Assembly (NCBI GenBank): GCA_019058275.1
Contig: JAHLVW010000015.1
Coordinates: 64,001-128,000, forward strand
Length of the DNA: 64,000 bases
Direction: 5' to 3'
From: Candidatus Heimdallarchaeota archaeon
Lineage (GTDB): Archaea; Asgardarchaeota; Heimdallarchaeia; JABLTI01
A program made the position numbers and the translations under genes. The number at the start of each line of letters is the position of its first letter. The first letter of the stretch is position 1. The notes under the pieces are model-generated. The model saw only the letters and a list, made by a program, of their open reading frames with translations, was not told where the DNA came from and ran no database searches. Below are positions 10,103 through 19,642 of this stretch, piece after piece.

Positions 10103-12781
10103 TTATTCCTCTACTGTTGTTTTTAACACTCGGTCAATTATTGCATCGATATTAACTGCTTTTCCATGTTCAGTTTTTGCAGGATCAATTCCATCATCTC
10201 CATAAATGAATTGGATGATTTCACCACCCGCTCCTCTAACTGTACCATCATACTCAGCTTTAATATCCAATAAAGCATGAATTAATCGTCTTTGCATGTA
10301 TCCACTGGTTGAAGTACGAACAGCTGTGTCTACTAGACCTTCACGACCACCGCAAGCATGCATAAAGAACTCAACTGGAGTTAACCCTCTTCTAAAGCTA
10401 TTTCTCACGAAACCTCTTGAGGGAGCATCAAGAGCTCCCGGTTTAAAGTGTGGTAATGTTCTTCCTCTAAAACCTCTTTTAATTCGTTCACCACGGACAG
10501 ATTGTTGACCTAAACAAGCAGCCATTTGACCGAGGTTCAACATGCTTCCTCTAGCACCAGTCTTCGCCATAATTACTGCTTCGTTTTCCATTCCTAAGTA
10601 TTCACCAGCAACATCACTTGCAGTTGATCTTGATTTTGAAAGAATTTCCATGATTTTCATTTCAAGAGTTTCTTCTAGAGATCTACCTGCTAGTCTTTCA
10701 AGGATGCCTTGTCTGTAAGCTTCAATTGTTTCTTTGGTTTCTTTTTCAGCTTCATCCAATATCTCATCAATTCTTGCTTTAGCTTCTTTTGGAATGTTGA
10801 TATTCCAAAAGCCCATTGTAAAGCCCTTATAGGAAAGCACTCGAATGAAAAGCTTAGTAATAGCATCTAAGAATTCTCTTGCTTTTTCAGTTCCTTGATC
10901 AACCAAAATTCTGCCTAAAAGACTTCCTTCTTGTTGAGAACCTATAGCTTTCTTATCAATTACACCAGTTTTTAATATACCATTTCTTACAGTAACATAA
11001 GAATCATATTTGCAATTTTCTTGCAGACATTCAGTGCATTTCTGACAAATCTTAGCAGTATTTGTATAGTATGTTCCTTTGGGGATAAAGAGACTGAAAA
11101 TCTGTTTACCGCTGAAAAGTTCAATTGGTTCTTTAATTTCCGGTTCTGGTAGGTCTATATTAAATCCTGAAGAAATAATGAATTGCATTGCTTCTTTTCT
11201 TGTAAAGTATGAACCTTTTCTTGTTAGTAAGTAAGATGCAGAAATATAATCCCAATTTGCACCGATGAGTGGACCACCGTACCTTGGTGAGGAAATTTGT
11301 TGTTCAGCAAGCATGAGTGTTCTTGCTTCTGCTTGAGCTTCCTCGCTTTGTGGAACATGAAGGTTCATTTCATCTCCATCGAAATCTGCGTTATATGGTG
11401 GGCAGACACATAGGTTTAATCGGAATGTTCTGAAAGGCATAACTTTGACTTTATGAGCCATAATAGACATTCTATGTAATGATGGTTGTCTGTTAAATAA
11501 GACAATATCACCGTCTTTCAAATGTCTTTCAACTATGAATCCAGGTTCAAGTGAATCTGCTACATTTCGTTTCTCTTTAACAAAACGTAAGTCGATCCGT
11601 AATCCTTCTTGTCTAATAATGTAATTAGCCCCTGGATGATTCACAGGACCTCTCATAACAAGCTCTTTCAATTCCTCAATATTCCACTCAGTAACTCTTT
11701 CAGGAATTGTTAATTGCATTGCAATTTCCAAAGGAACACCAACCTCATTTATACTTAAATTGGGATCTGGAGAAATAACAGTTCGAGAGGAGAAATCAAC
11801 ACGCTTACCACATAAATTGCTTCTGAAACGTCCTTCCTTACCTTTCAACCTTTGAGTTAAGGTTCTTAATGCTCTTCCGGAACGATGTCTAGCAGGAGGA
11901 ATGCCTGAAACTTCATTGTTGAAGTATGTAGTTACGTGATATTGTAACAATTCCCAAAGATCTTCTACGATGAGTTGAGGGGCACCAGCTTCAATATTTT
12001 CTCGTAATCTTTGATTAATACGAATAATATCAACAAGTTTGTGAGTAAGATCATCTTCTGATCGGATACTGGATTCAAGAGTTATACTTGGTCTCATAGC
12101 AACTGGAGGTACTGGTAAAACTGTTAAAACCATCCATTCAGGTCTTGCATGTGCTGGATTTATTCCCAAAATTGGACAGTCCTCATCTGAAATCCTTTCC
12201 ATTCGATCTCTGACATCAGAAGGAGATAATTTCTTTCGATCAGTTACTTTGCTTTTCTTACTAACACGAATTTCTTCATAAAAAGTAGTTGGTTTTTCCA
12301 ATCTTATTTTAGATTCTAATGCTTGACAATGAGGGCATGTCTCAGTTTTTGCAGCTTTCTTAAGAATTTCGTTAATATAAGCAGAATTTTTTTGTTCCCA
12401 TCGCTTCTCATATTTAGTAAGCTCTTGTTTAAGCTTGTAGAGTTCTTCTTCTGGTAACAAGACTCTACTACATTCACAACAGATGGCTCTAAGAATCTTG
12501 TAAATTTTCTTGTTAAAACCTACATGGGAAATAGGTCTGGAGAGTTCAATATGACCAAAGTGTCCTTCACATTCACCAACTCTATTACCACAAGTTTTAC
12601 ACCTTTGACCAGGATCTATTGTGCCCAATCGTCTATCCATTAGTCCAGAGGGGATTGCTGTGCCGTCTTCATCGTAAGTGTCTGCAGTAATGACACGAAC
12701 AACACTCATTTTTCTAATCTCATCTGGTGATAATAAACCGAATTGTAATGCGTCGATTATTTTTGGTAATTTAAATGCCAT
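10103..12781 (-). CDS. rpoA1: RNA polymerase subunit A' (Rpo1N)
   Basis: Catalytic NADFDGDEMN, LFNRQPSLH, GHFGHIEL zinc site, bridge helix GGREGLVDTAVRT. Confidence 0.99.
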   Translation of the reverse strand: MAFKLPKIIDALQFGLLSPDEIRKMSVVRVITADTYDEDGTAIPSGLMDRRLGTIDPGQRCKTCGNRVGECEGHFGHIELSRPISHVGFNKKIYKILRAICCECSRVLLPEEELYKLKQELTKYEKRWEQKNSAYINEILKKAAKTETCPHCQALESKIRLEKPTTFYEEIRVSKKSKVTDRKKLSPSDVRDRMERISDEDCPILGINPAHARPEWMVLTVLPVPPVAMRPSITLESSIRSEDDLTHKLVDIIRINQRLRENIEAGAPQLIVEDLWELLQYHVTTYFNNEVSGIPPARHRSGRALRTLTQRLKGKEGRFRSNLCGKRVDFSSRTVISPDPNLSINEVGVPLEIAMQLTIPERVTEWNIEELKELVMRGPVNHPGANYIIRQEGLRIDLRFVKEKRNVADSLEPGFIVERHLKDGDIVLFNRQPSLHRMSIMAHKVKVMPFRTFRLNLCVCPPYNADFDGDEMNLHVPQSEEAQAEARTLMLAEQQISSPRYGGPLIGANWDYISASYLLTRKGSYFTRKEAMQFIISSGFNIDLPEPEIKEPIELFSGKQIFSLFIPKGTYYTNTAKICQKCTECLQENCKYDSYVTVRNGILKTGVIDKKAIGSQQEGSLLGRILVDQGTEKAREFLDAITKLFIRVLSYKGFTMGFWNINIPKEAKARIDEILDEAEKETKETIEAYRQGILERLAGRSLEETLEMKIMEILSKSRSTASDVAGEYLGMENEAVIMAKTGARGSMLNLGQMAACLGQQSVRGERIKRGFRGRTLPHFKPGALDAPSRGFVRNSFRRGLTPVEFFMHACGGREGLVDTAVRTSTSGYMQRRLIHALLDIKAEYDGTVRGAGGEIIQFIYGDDGIDPAKTEHGKAVNIDAIIDRVLKTTVEE

Positions 12782-12799
12782 TTTTTTTCCTCCATCTCT

Positions 12800-15700
12800 C
12801 TATGCTTGGTCCTTTAAGATCAATCTTGGCGCCATCCCAAGTGAGAATAGTTCTTGCAATAGCAATTTGAATGCATAACTCATTATTACTTGAGATACTG
12901 CTGCTTCGCCTTTACAAACAGGACAGAAATACTTGTCCCTGTTTCGGTCATAAGTAGCGATAACTCCACACGCTCCACAGATATTTATTGTTGTTTTATC
13001 TGATTCTTCCAACAATCGTTCTTTTAGGAGCAGTGCAGCTCCATGACCAACAAGACAATCTCGTTCCATTTCTCCGAAACGAAGACCACCTTCTCTTGCA
13101 CGACCTTCTGTTGGTTGTCTTGTGAGAATTTGAACAGGTCCTCTAGATCTAGCATGAGTTTTGTCTTTTACAAGATGATGTAGTTTCTGATAATAAGCCA
13201 TACCCATAAAGATGTCAACATCATACTTTCTACCAGTCAAACCATTATACATAGCTTGTTTTCCATAGTAGTTTAGACCTAGCTCTTTCATTCCTTTAAC
13301 AAGATCGTCTGAGGAAATTCCTTCAAAAGGTGTAGCATCCAATACGATTCCCTTTTTCGATCCCAGAACTGCAGCCATAGTTTCCAAAATTTGACCAATG
13401 GTCATTCTTGAGGGAATAGCATGACAATTAACAATAATATCAGGAACAATACCTTCCGATGTAAATGGTAAGTCTTCAGAAGGAGCAATTAAACCAATAA
13501 CTCCTTTTTGACCATGTCGAGAGGCAAATTTATCACCGAGTTCAGGAATTCGCATATCCCTCATTTTAACTTTAACTAAACGGTTTCCATCACTGGTTTC
13601 AGTTAAATAAACAGTATCAACAAATCCTTCTTCGCTGTGTCTCATGCTGATACTTGTTTCATGCCTAATTGGAGCTCGAACTTCAAACTCGCTATATTCT
13701 TCAAGAAATCTTGGAGGTGAGGTTCTTCCAATGATAACTTCATCGCCTTTAATGTTGCTTTCTGGTTCAACTATACCATCAGCACTTAAATGAACATAAG
13801 CTTCTGGAGGTCTGAACCCACGAACATCTTTACTCATTCGTTCAAATTTATCTTCTTGTCCAGCAGGATATCGTCTTTCTTCTGCTTCATACCTTCTGAA
13901 GAATGCAGAACGAGCAAGACCGCGCTCAATAGATTGTTTATTAAAAATAATTGCATCTTCCATGTTATATCCTTCATAACTAAGAAGGGCTATGACCATA
14001 TTTTGTCCTGCAGGTCTTTTGTCAAAATTAATAATATCCATACCATGTGTTTTCACAAGGGGTTTCTGAGGATAGAAGAGAATATGTGATCGAGTATCAA
14101 CTCGCAAACGGTAATTTGCAGCATACATACCTAGTGCTTGTTTTGCCATAGCTGATTCATAAGTGTTTCTTGGTGATTGGTTGTGTTCTGCAAATGGGAT
14201 TAGAGACGCACAAATACCTAGAATAGCACTTGGTGTAATTTCTAAGTGTGTATGTGTTGAATCACTTTCTAAATTATGAGGTTCCATTGCAATGTAAGAG
14301 CTTTCCTCTTCTTCTGCATCAAGATATTCTACAATACCTCTTCGAATCAAATCAGTCCAAGACCATGCTCCAGATATAACCTTGTCTATATGTTTCTTCT
14401 CTAACTTGAGCTTACTTCGGTCAGCTATTAAGAGAGGTCTTCTTACTCGACCATGATCACAATTAATCTGAATTTCTTGAATATCTTCGTAATAATTGAC
14501 ATTTACTTCAGAACTAAGGATATCTTTTCTTCTCGCTTTCTTAATGTCATTTACAAAACTTTTGGGACTTGGATGTGATCCTAGTAATCGACCATTAAGA
14601 AATATTTTACATGATTCAGTTGATTTCATATTTTCAAGTTCATTAAAACCTAATGAAGAAAGAAATTCTTCAATTTCTTTTACTGAAACACCTACGCTAA
14701 TGTAAGCATCCATTGCTAGATTCTTGACAAGACCACAATTTGGACCTTCTGGGGTTTCACTTGGACAAATTTTTCCAAAATGTGTTGGATGAAGATCTCG
14801 TGCTTCAAAATGAGGTTGATTTCTACTTAGAGGACTAACAACTCTTCTTAAATGGCTGAGTGTAGAGATATAGTTTGTTCTATCTAGCAATTGACTAACA
14901 CCAGCTTTACCACCAACCCAATTACCTGTAGCTAAAGCGTGTCTTAATCTCTCAGTAATAACATCAGCTCTAACTGCAGTTTTAATATTAGGGGTTCTAC
15001 CTCTAACTGCAGTTCTTTCAAGTTGGTATTTAATATCACGACACAAACTCATAAAGGCGACTCTAAACAATGAGATTAAAGATTCACCAGAGAGTTTTAA
15101 TCGTTTGTTTGAATAATGATCTTTATCGTCTTCAGTTCTTTTTCCTAATTCAAGCTCTAATAATCTTTGAGCCATTTGACCTAAGAAAAAGGCTTTTCCA
15201 ATACGATGTTCTTCTTTTGTACCAATGTGTCTAAGTAAATATCTATTCAAGATTTCACGAGCACGTTTTATTCGGTAATCCATTGTTTGACCAACAGCTA
15301 CTCGCTTACCAATGAAATCAAGAGCTTTTTCTTCATCAGTAACTTCAGAAGATTCATCTAAAGATGGAATTAATTCCTTACGAACATCTTGCTCATCAGA
15401 AACAGCATCTACAATGGATTTATCAGAAGCTAGACCTAAAGCTTTCATTAAAATTGAAAAAGGTATTTTTCTAGGAACAGAAGGGAAACTAATATTTAAG
15501 CTTCCATCTCGAGATCTTTCCATAGTAACAGGTGCTCTTACTCCTTGAGCAGTGCTAAAGACTTTGGCCATACTAGTTACACTACCAGTTTTCAACTCAA
15601 TTAAAATTCTATTAGGAGCTAAATCTTCTTGTGTAACTAAAACCCTTTCACTACCATTAATGATGAAGTAACCACCAGGATCATTGGGATCTTCTCCTGC

Positions 15701-16141
15701 TTTAATAAGTTCTTCATCTGTCATTCTGCTTAATGGACAAACTTTTGATTTTAACATAATGGGCATACGACCAACAAAAACCCTGGAGGTTTCTCGAGGG
15801 ATTTCATTTCCTGCTTCATCAATACGGATTGGAGTCATATCGAGATAGAGTGGAGCAGTATAGGTAAGATTTCTAATTCTTGCTTCACTAGGATAAATAT
15901 TATTTAATGATCCATCCGCTTCTCTAATATTTGGTGGGTCCATTTCAATTTTGTTAATTTTAACATAGTAATTTGGGATTTCAGGTTTAATACTACCTAT
16001 TTCTCTCACGACAGATTGCATGCCATTATGAATAAATTCATTGTAACTATCAAGATGCTGTCGGACGAGCCCAAGTTCCTTTACCATTGACTCTATTAGA
16101 ATCCATCTATCTTCTATTGTTATGTTTTCAGTTTCAGACAT
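12800..16141 (-). CDS. rpoB: RNA polymerase subunit B (Rpo2), single chain
   Basis: GDKFASRHGQKG, GYNMEDA, ETPEG, GGLRFGEMERD, C-terminal zinc ribbon; one 1113-aa ORF. Confidence 0.99.
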   Translation of the reverse strand: MSETENITIEDRWILIESMVKELGLVRQHLDSYNEFIHNGMQSVVREIGSIKPEIPNYYVKINKIEMDPPNIREADGSLNNIYPSEARIRNLTYTAPLYLDMTPIRIDEAGNEIPRETSRVFVGRMPIMLKSKVCPLSRMTDEELIKAGEDPNDPGGYFIINGSERVLVTQEDLAPNRILIELKTGSVTSMAKVFSTAQGVRAPVTMERSRDGSLNISFPSVPRKIPFSILMKALGLASDKSIVDAVSDEQDVRKELIPSLDESSEVTDEEKALDFIGKRVAVGQTMDYRIKRAREILNRYLLRHIGTKEEHRIGKAFFLGQMAQRLLELELGKRTEDDKDHYSNKRLKLSGESLISLFRVAFMSLCRDIKYQLERTAVRGRTPNIKTAVRADVITERLRHALATGNWVGGKAGVSQLLDRTNYISTLSHLRRVVSPLSRNQPHFEARDLHPTHFGKICPSETPEGPNCGLVKNLAMDAYISVGVSVKEIEEFLSSLGFNELENMKSTESCKIFLNGRLLGSHPSPKSFVNDIKKARRKDILSSEVNVNYYEDIQEIQINCDHGRVRRPLLIADRSKLKLEKKHIDKVISGAWSWTDLIRRGIVEYLDAEEEESSYIAMEPHNLESDSTHTHLEITPSAILGICASLIPFAEHNQSPRNTYESAMAKQALGMYAANYRLRVDTRSHILFYPQKPLVKTHGMDIINFDKRPAGQNMVIALLSYEGYNMEDAIIFNKQSIERGLARSAFFRRYEAEERRYPAGQEDKFERMSKDVRGFRPPEAYVHLSADGIVEPESNIKGDEVIIGRTSPPRFLEEYSEFEVRAPIRHETSISMRHSEEGFVDTVYLTETSDGNRLVKVKMRDMRIPELGDKFASRHGQKGVIGLIAPSEDLPFTSEGIVPDIIVNCHAIPSRMTIGQILETMAAVLGSKKGIVLDATPFEGISSDDLVKGMKELGLNYYGKQAMYNGLTGRKYDVDIFMGMAYYQKLHHLVKDKTHARSRGPVQILTRQPTEGRAREGGLRFGEMERDCLVGHGAALLLKERLLEESDKTTINICGACGVIATYDRNRDKYFCPVCKGEAAVSQVIMSYAFKLLLQELFSLGMAPRLILKDQA

Positions 16142-16648
16142 TCAGTTTTGCCTCACTGATACGGACTTCTAGGACAATTTTTCATGCCAAAAAGGTAATG
16201 TTTTGCAGCTGGAAGAGCAACAATCTCTTTTCGTATTCTATCGTCTTTTAAATATTACTACAAGGAACGCATTTCAAGATTATATTTAGTTATTTCTACT
16301 ATCTACATGCTATTAATAACATATTATTTTTCGAAATTCGATGGCATAATCTGTGAACGAACACGAATTGTAAATAATTAGAATATAATCTTGATGATTT
16401 AATGCAAATCATGATGAATTGTAACAAATCTAGTAGATGCAGCTATATATTGAATTTCCCCTGAGTTTTTACTTTCTGACATATCACATATTTATTATCT
16501 TTTTATATAATTAAGTAATAACTTAGTCAAATATTTTTCCATTAGATTGAAATAAAATCGGGGATTTTTAATGTCTTATTTTAAGAATAGTTGTGAGTAG
16601 AGTAGAAACTCTGAGGTCACAAGCATAATAATTGAATGACCCTTTCCA
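16142..16648. promoter_or_regulatory. AT-rich divergent promoter region between the rpoB operon and the Rag-like operon
   Basis: No ORF of 60 aa or more; TATA-like tracts near 16246-16255 (minus) and 16500-16510 (plus). Confidence 0.5.
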
Positions 16649-17626
16649 TTGGATGGATTTTACGTGCAAACAAATAAACAAGAGCTGGAACTTGAAACGG
16701 AAAAAATACTTTTGGCAGGTCTAGATAATGCTGGGAAAAGCTCAATTCAAGACATTCTGAAATTTACACCAATTGAAGCTGCACTCCGAAGAGTCCCAAG
16801 TAAGGATTTGGAAATCTTTAACAAGAATTTCTTGAAGAAGAATTATATTTTCTTTGTACCACCTGGACAAGAAGATCTCAGATTAAATGAATATCATGGT
16901 TCAATGAGAGAGGAATATTTTGGTAATGTTAGCACATTTATTTTTATCATCGACTCATCAGACGATTTGAGATTTAAGGAAGCAAGTGCAGAATTACAGA
17001 GATCTATTGAAGACTTACTAGATCTTTCTCCCAACTGTAAGAGCTTTCTAATTTTTGCTCATAAACAAGACCTCAATAACGCATCAGATGGGATGAGAAT
17101 AAAAAAAGAAATCTTGGATCCGTTAAAGCAATTGTATCCAGGGATAATTCTACAATTCAAAATATATGAAACAACGGTACTGAATCCTGAGACTATTCAC
17201 GAACCATTTGTAAGAGCTATTGCAAAACATGTTGGTATTGTAAGAATTGATTTTGATAAACTGGCTGAATGGATAAGAGAAAAGGTGAGAGCTAGAATTG
17301 TTCTAATTACTGATCCTAATGGTCTGCTTATTGGCGAGTCTTTTACAGGGGAAGAGAATTCGTTAGTATATGCTGCTTATGTAGCAAAGATTTTTTCAGC
17401 AACAGAAGATTTCCAAAGTGATTTGGAAGGAGATAGTGTGAAGATAATTTTGTTAGAAGAAAATAGCGAAAATCATTACAGCATCATTTCAAGAATCAAT
17501 TGTTCAAAGAATGATTATTTGGCTTTGTTTATTGGAAATCCTTTGGCGAATATTGGTATGACACGGTTAGTAAATAAGAAAGGACTTCAAAAATTAAAAG
17601 CTGCTTATAGTAATTACAAGGAATAA
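16649..17626 (+). CDS. RagA/Gtr1-like small GTPase with a C-terminal Roadblock/LC7 domain
   Basis: G1 GLDNAGKS, PGQ switch II, YFGNVSTFIFIID, LSPNCKSFLIFAHKQD (Rag-type HKxD G4). C-terminal IVLITDPNGLLIGE..NIGMTRL Roadblock pattern. Start may be GTG at 16664. Confidence 0.8.
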   Translation: MDGFYVQTNKQELELETEKILLAGLDNAGKSSIQDILKFTPIEAALRRVPSKDLEIFNKNFLKKNYIFFVPPGQEDLRLNEYHGSMREEYFGNVSTFIFIIDSSDDLRFKEASAELQRSIEDLLDLSPNCKSFLIFAHKQDLNNASDGMRIKKEILDPLKQLYPGIILQFKIYETTVLNPETIHEPFVRAIAKHVGIVRIDFDKLAEWIREKVRARIVLITDPNGLLIGESFTGEENSLVYAAYVAKIFSATEDFQSDLEGDSVKIILLEENSENHYSIISRINCSKNDYLALFIGNPLANIGMTRLVNKKGLQKLKAAYSNYKE

Positions 17627-17673
17627 AGAGTTAGGTAAAAAATCGAGTTAACTTTGAGTGGTAAGGTGTTTAA

Positions 17674-18750
17674 ATGAACCAAACAGATGATATAACAGCA
17701 GTATTAGTGGAATTCGATTCTATTAAGGGGCCAGTTATAAGAAAAAAGCAACCTGCAAGTTACATTTTCCCTGAAAATTCTGAAATGGAAAGTGTATTAA
17801 TGTGGGCAATTAGGGCATCTGAATTTTCCGTTCGTAAAATTGAAAAGCAAACAGCTTATGCAAAAGCGATTTCATTAAGAGACCCTAATTTCACCCGCAA
17901 GAAAAGACAATTCGGTATTGCACTAATTACTGAAACAACAATGGATTTAGGAAAGGCAGAATCCATTCTTGATAAGATTATTTCTGTTTGTGTAAAAGAA
18001 AGTGAAAATAAACCATATTTCAAAATGCTGAATGGTTTACTCATTGCAATTGGTGATTTTCAACAGATCATTAATGGTGAATCCTTAACAACAAAGAATC
18101 CAAACATTATAAATCAAAAAGAGAAAACGAGTGATTCTAATGAAAAGGAGGATAAATATAACGAGCAACAAATACAACAATACTTACTAATGAGCAACAG
18201 ATTGAATCTTTTCAACAAGATTACTTTTCTAGATAAAGAGAATAACACAAAAACAATTGTTTGCTTAGCAGAAGGGTTTAGCAAAGCTAATGGAGTTTTT
18301 GGCGTACCTTACGAATATACATCAGATAGATTTAACATCCAAGTGGATTTACGATATGAAATTCCAGAGGGATTAGAACAAGGTCTCGAGATATTAGCAA
18401 GGATACTTAGTACTATGACAACTGGTAAAGAATTCAACGAGAAGGTATTGGTTTCTGCGGAATTTATTGATAGATTGCTTTTTGAAAAAGTAGATATAAA
18501 ATATTATCTCCCATTTTTACAATATTTGATTTCAATGGATCATTTTACAATAACTGAATTCAAAACAGAAGAGTATAAAGAACAATATGCAAGTTTGAAA
18601 GAAACTCATGGAGATTGGATAGATTGCTTAATTGGCAAGGAATTTGATGGCCAAAAATTATCTGAATTCTTTAAAATCACTGGAACCAACAAGGAAGGAT
18701 TAGAACTACTTGTAGACTTATTATTTGTGAAATTAATTGCAATTTTTTAA
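17674..18750 (+). CDS. NPRL2/FLCN-like longin (uDENN-type) domain protein with a C-terminal winged-helix-like segment
   Basis: N-terminal VLVEFDSIKGPVIRKKQP and LRDPNFTRKKRQFGIALI longin motifs; C-terminal FDG..LVDLLFVKLIAIF. Confidence 0.65.
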   Translation: MNQTDDITAVLVEFDSIKGPVIRKKQPASYIFPENSEMESVLMWAIRASEFSVRKIEKQTAYAKAISLRDPNFTRKKRQFGIALITETTMDLGKAESILDKIISVCVKESENKPYFKMLNGLLIAIGDFQQIINGESLTTKNPNIINQKEKTSDSNEKEDKYNEQQIQQYLLMSNRLNLFNKITFLDKENNTKTIVCLAEGFSKANGVFGVPYEYTSDRFNIQVDLRYEIPEGLEQGLEILARILSTMTTGKEFNEKVLVSAEFIDRLLFEKVDIKYYLPFLQYLISMDHFTITEFKTEEYKEQYASLKETHGDWIDCLIGKEFDGQKLSEFFKITGTNKEGLELLVDLLFVKLIAIF

Positions 18751-18794
18751 AAACCCTTGTTATCTTTGTATTGTAACAAGGAGTACAATCACTA

Positions 18795-19613
18795 ATGGAA
18801 ACAGAAAAGGCAAATAGCTCATGGATGATTCCTGGAAAACCAGCAATCGAGTTCTATGAAGAAAAGTTCGGAAAAACATTGGTAATTGCAGATTTGCATC
18901 TAGGATTTGTCTATGGGCAAAATAAGAAAGGAATTCTTATACCTGTTTCCAAAAGACCTGAAGAAGAACTTGTGGAATTAATTGAAGAAAGAAAACCGAA
19001 AAGGTTAATCATAGTAGGAGATTTTAAAGACGAGATATTTGGAACTGCGCATCCTTTGGCTGGTAGAGCTTGGAAGCTCCTACGAAGAATGTTGAATCTT
19101 ACAAGACTGACTATAATTAAAGGGAATCATGATGGGAAAATTGAAGAGATACTCCCAGATGAAATCGAACTTATTCAACCATCAGGTTTAGTTGTGAAAG
19201 AAAAGAAGGAAGGATTATCAGTGGGATTATGGCATGGTCATGCAAATCCTGTCTTGGATGTTTATTCTGCTGATGTAACCATATCTGGACATGCACACCC
19301 GACTTTTGCTTTTCGTGATGAAATTGGTACAAAAATTACAGAAAAAGTTTGGGTGAAAGCAAAATGGTTGCACGCTGAAGGAGATCAAGAGAGATTACAC
19401 ATAATTTTGCCTGCTTTCAATAAGTATCTTGATGGCTTTTCTATTGATGGGAAATTCTTCAAAACAATAGTAACAATGAAAGAAGGAATTGATTTTGATA
19501 ATGCCGAAGTTTTTACTCTTGATGGTGTTCTAATTGGTACGATAAAAGAATTACAAGATGAAAGAATCATTTCTGATAATGAAAGAACAAAGAAGAGATA
19601 CAAGAAAAGATGA
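18795..19613 (+). CDS. Calcineurin-like metallophosphoesterase (COG1407/ICC-like)
   Basis: DLHLG, GD, GNHD, HGH and GHAHP motifs all intact. Confidence 0.9.
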   Translation: METEKANSSWMIPGKPAIEFYEEKFGKTLVIADLHLGFVYGQNKKGILIPVSKRPEEELVELIEERKPKRLIIVGDFKDEIFGTAHPLAGRAWKLLRRMLNLTRLTIIKGNHDGKIEEILPDEIELIQPSGLVVKEKKEGLSVGLWHGHANPVLDVYSADVTISGHAHPTFAFRDEIGTKITEKVWVKAKWLHAEGDQERLHIILPAFNKYLDGFSIDGKFFKTIVTMKEGIDFDNAEVFTLDGVLIGTIKELQDERIISDNERTKKRYKKR

Positions 19614-19642
19614 CTAGTTCTGTTCTCAAATCATTCAATTCT

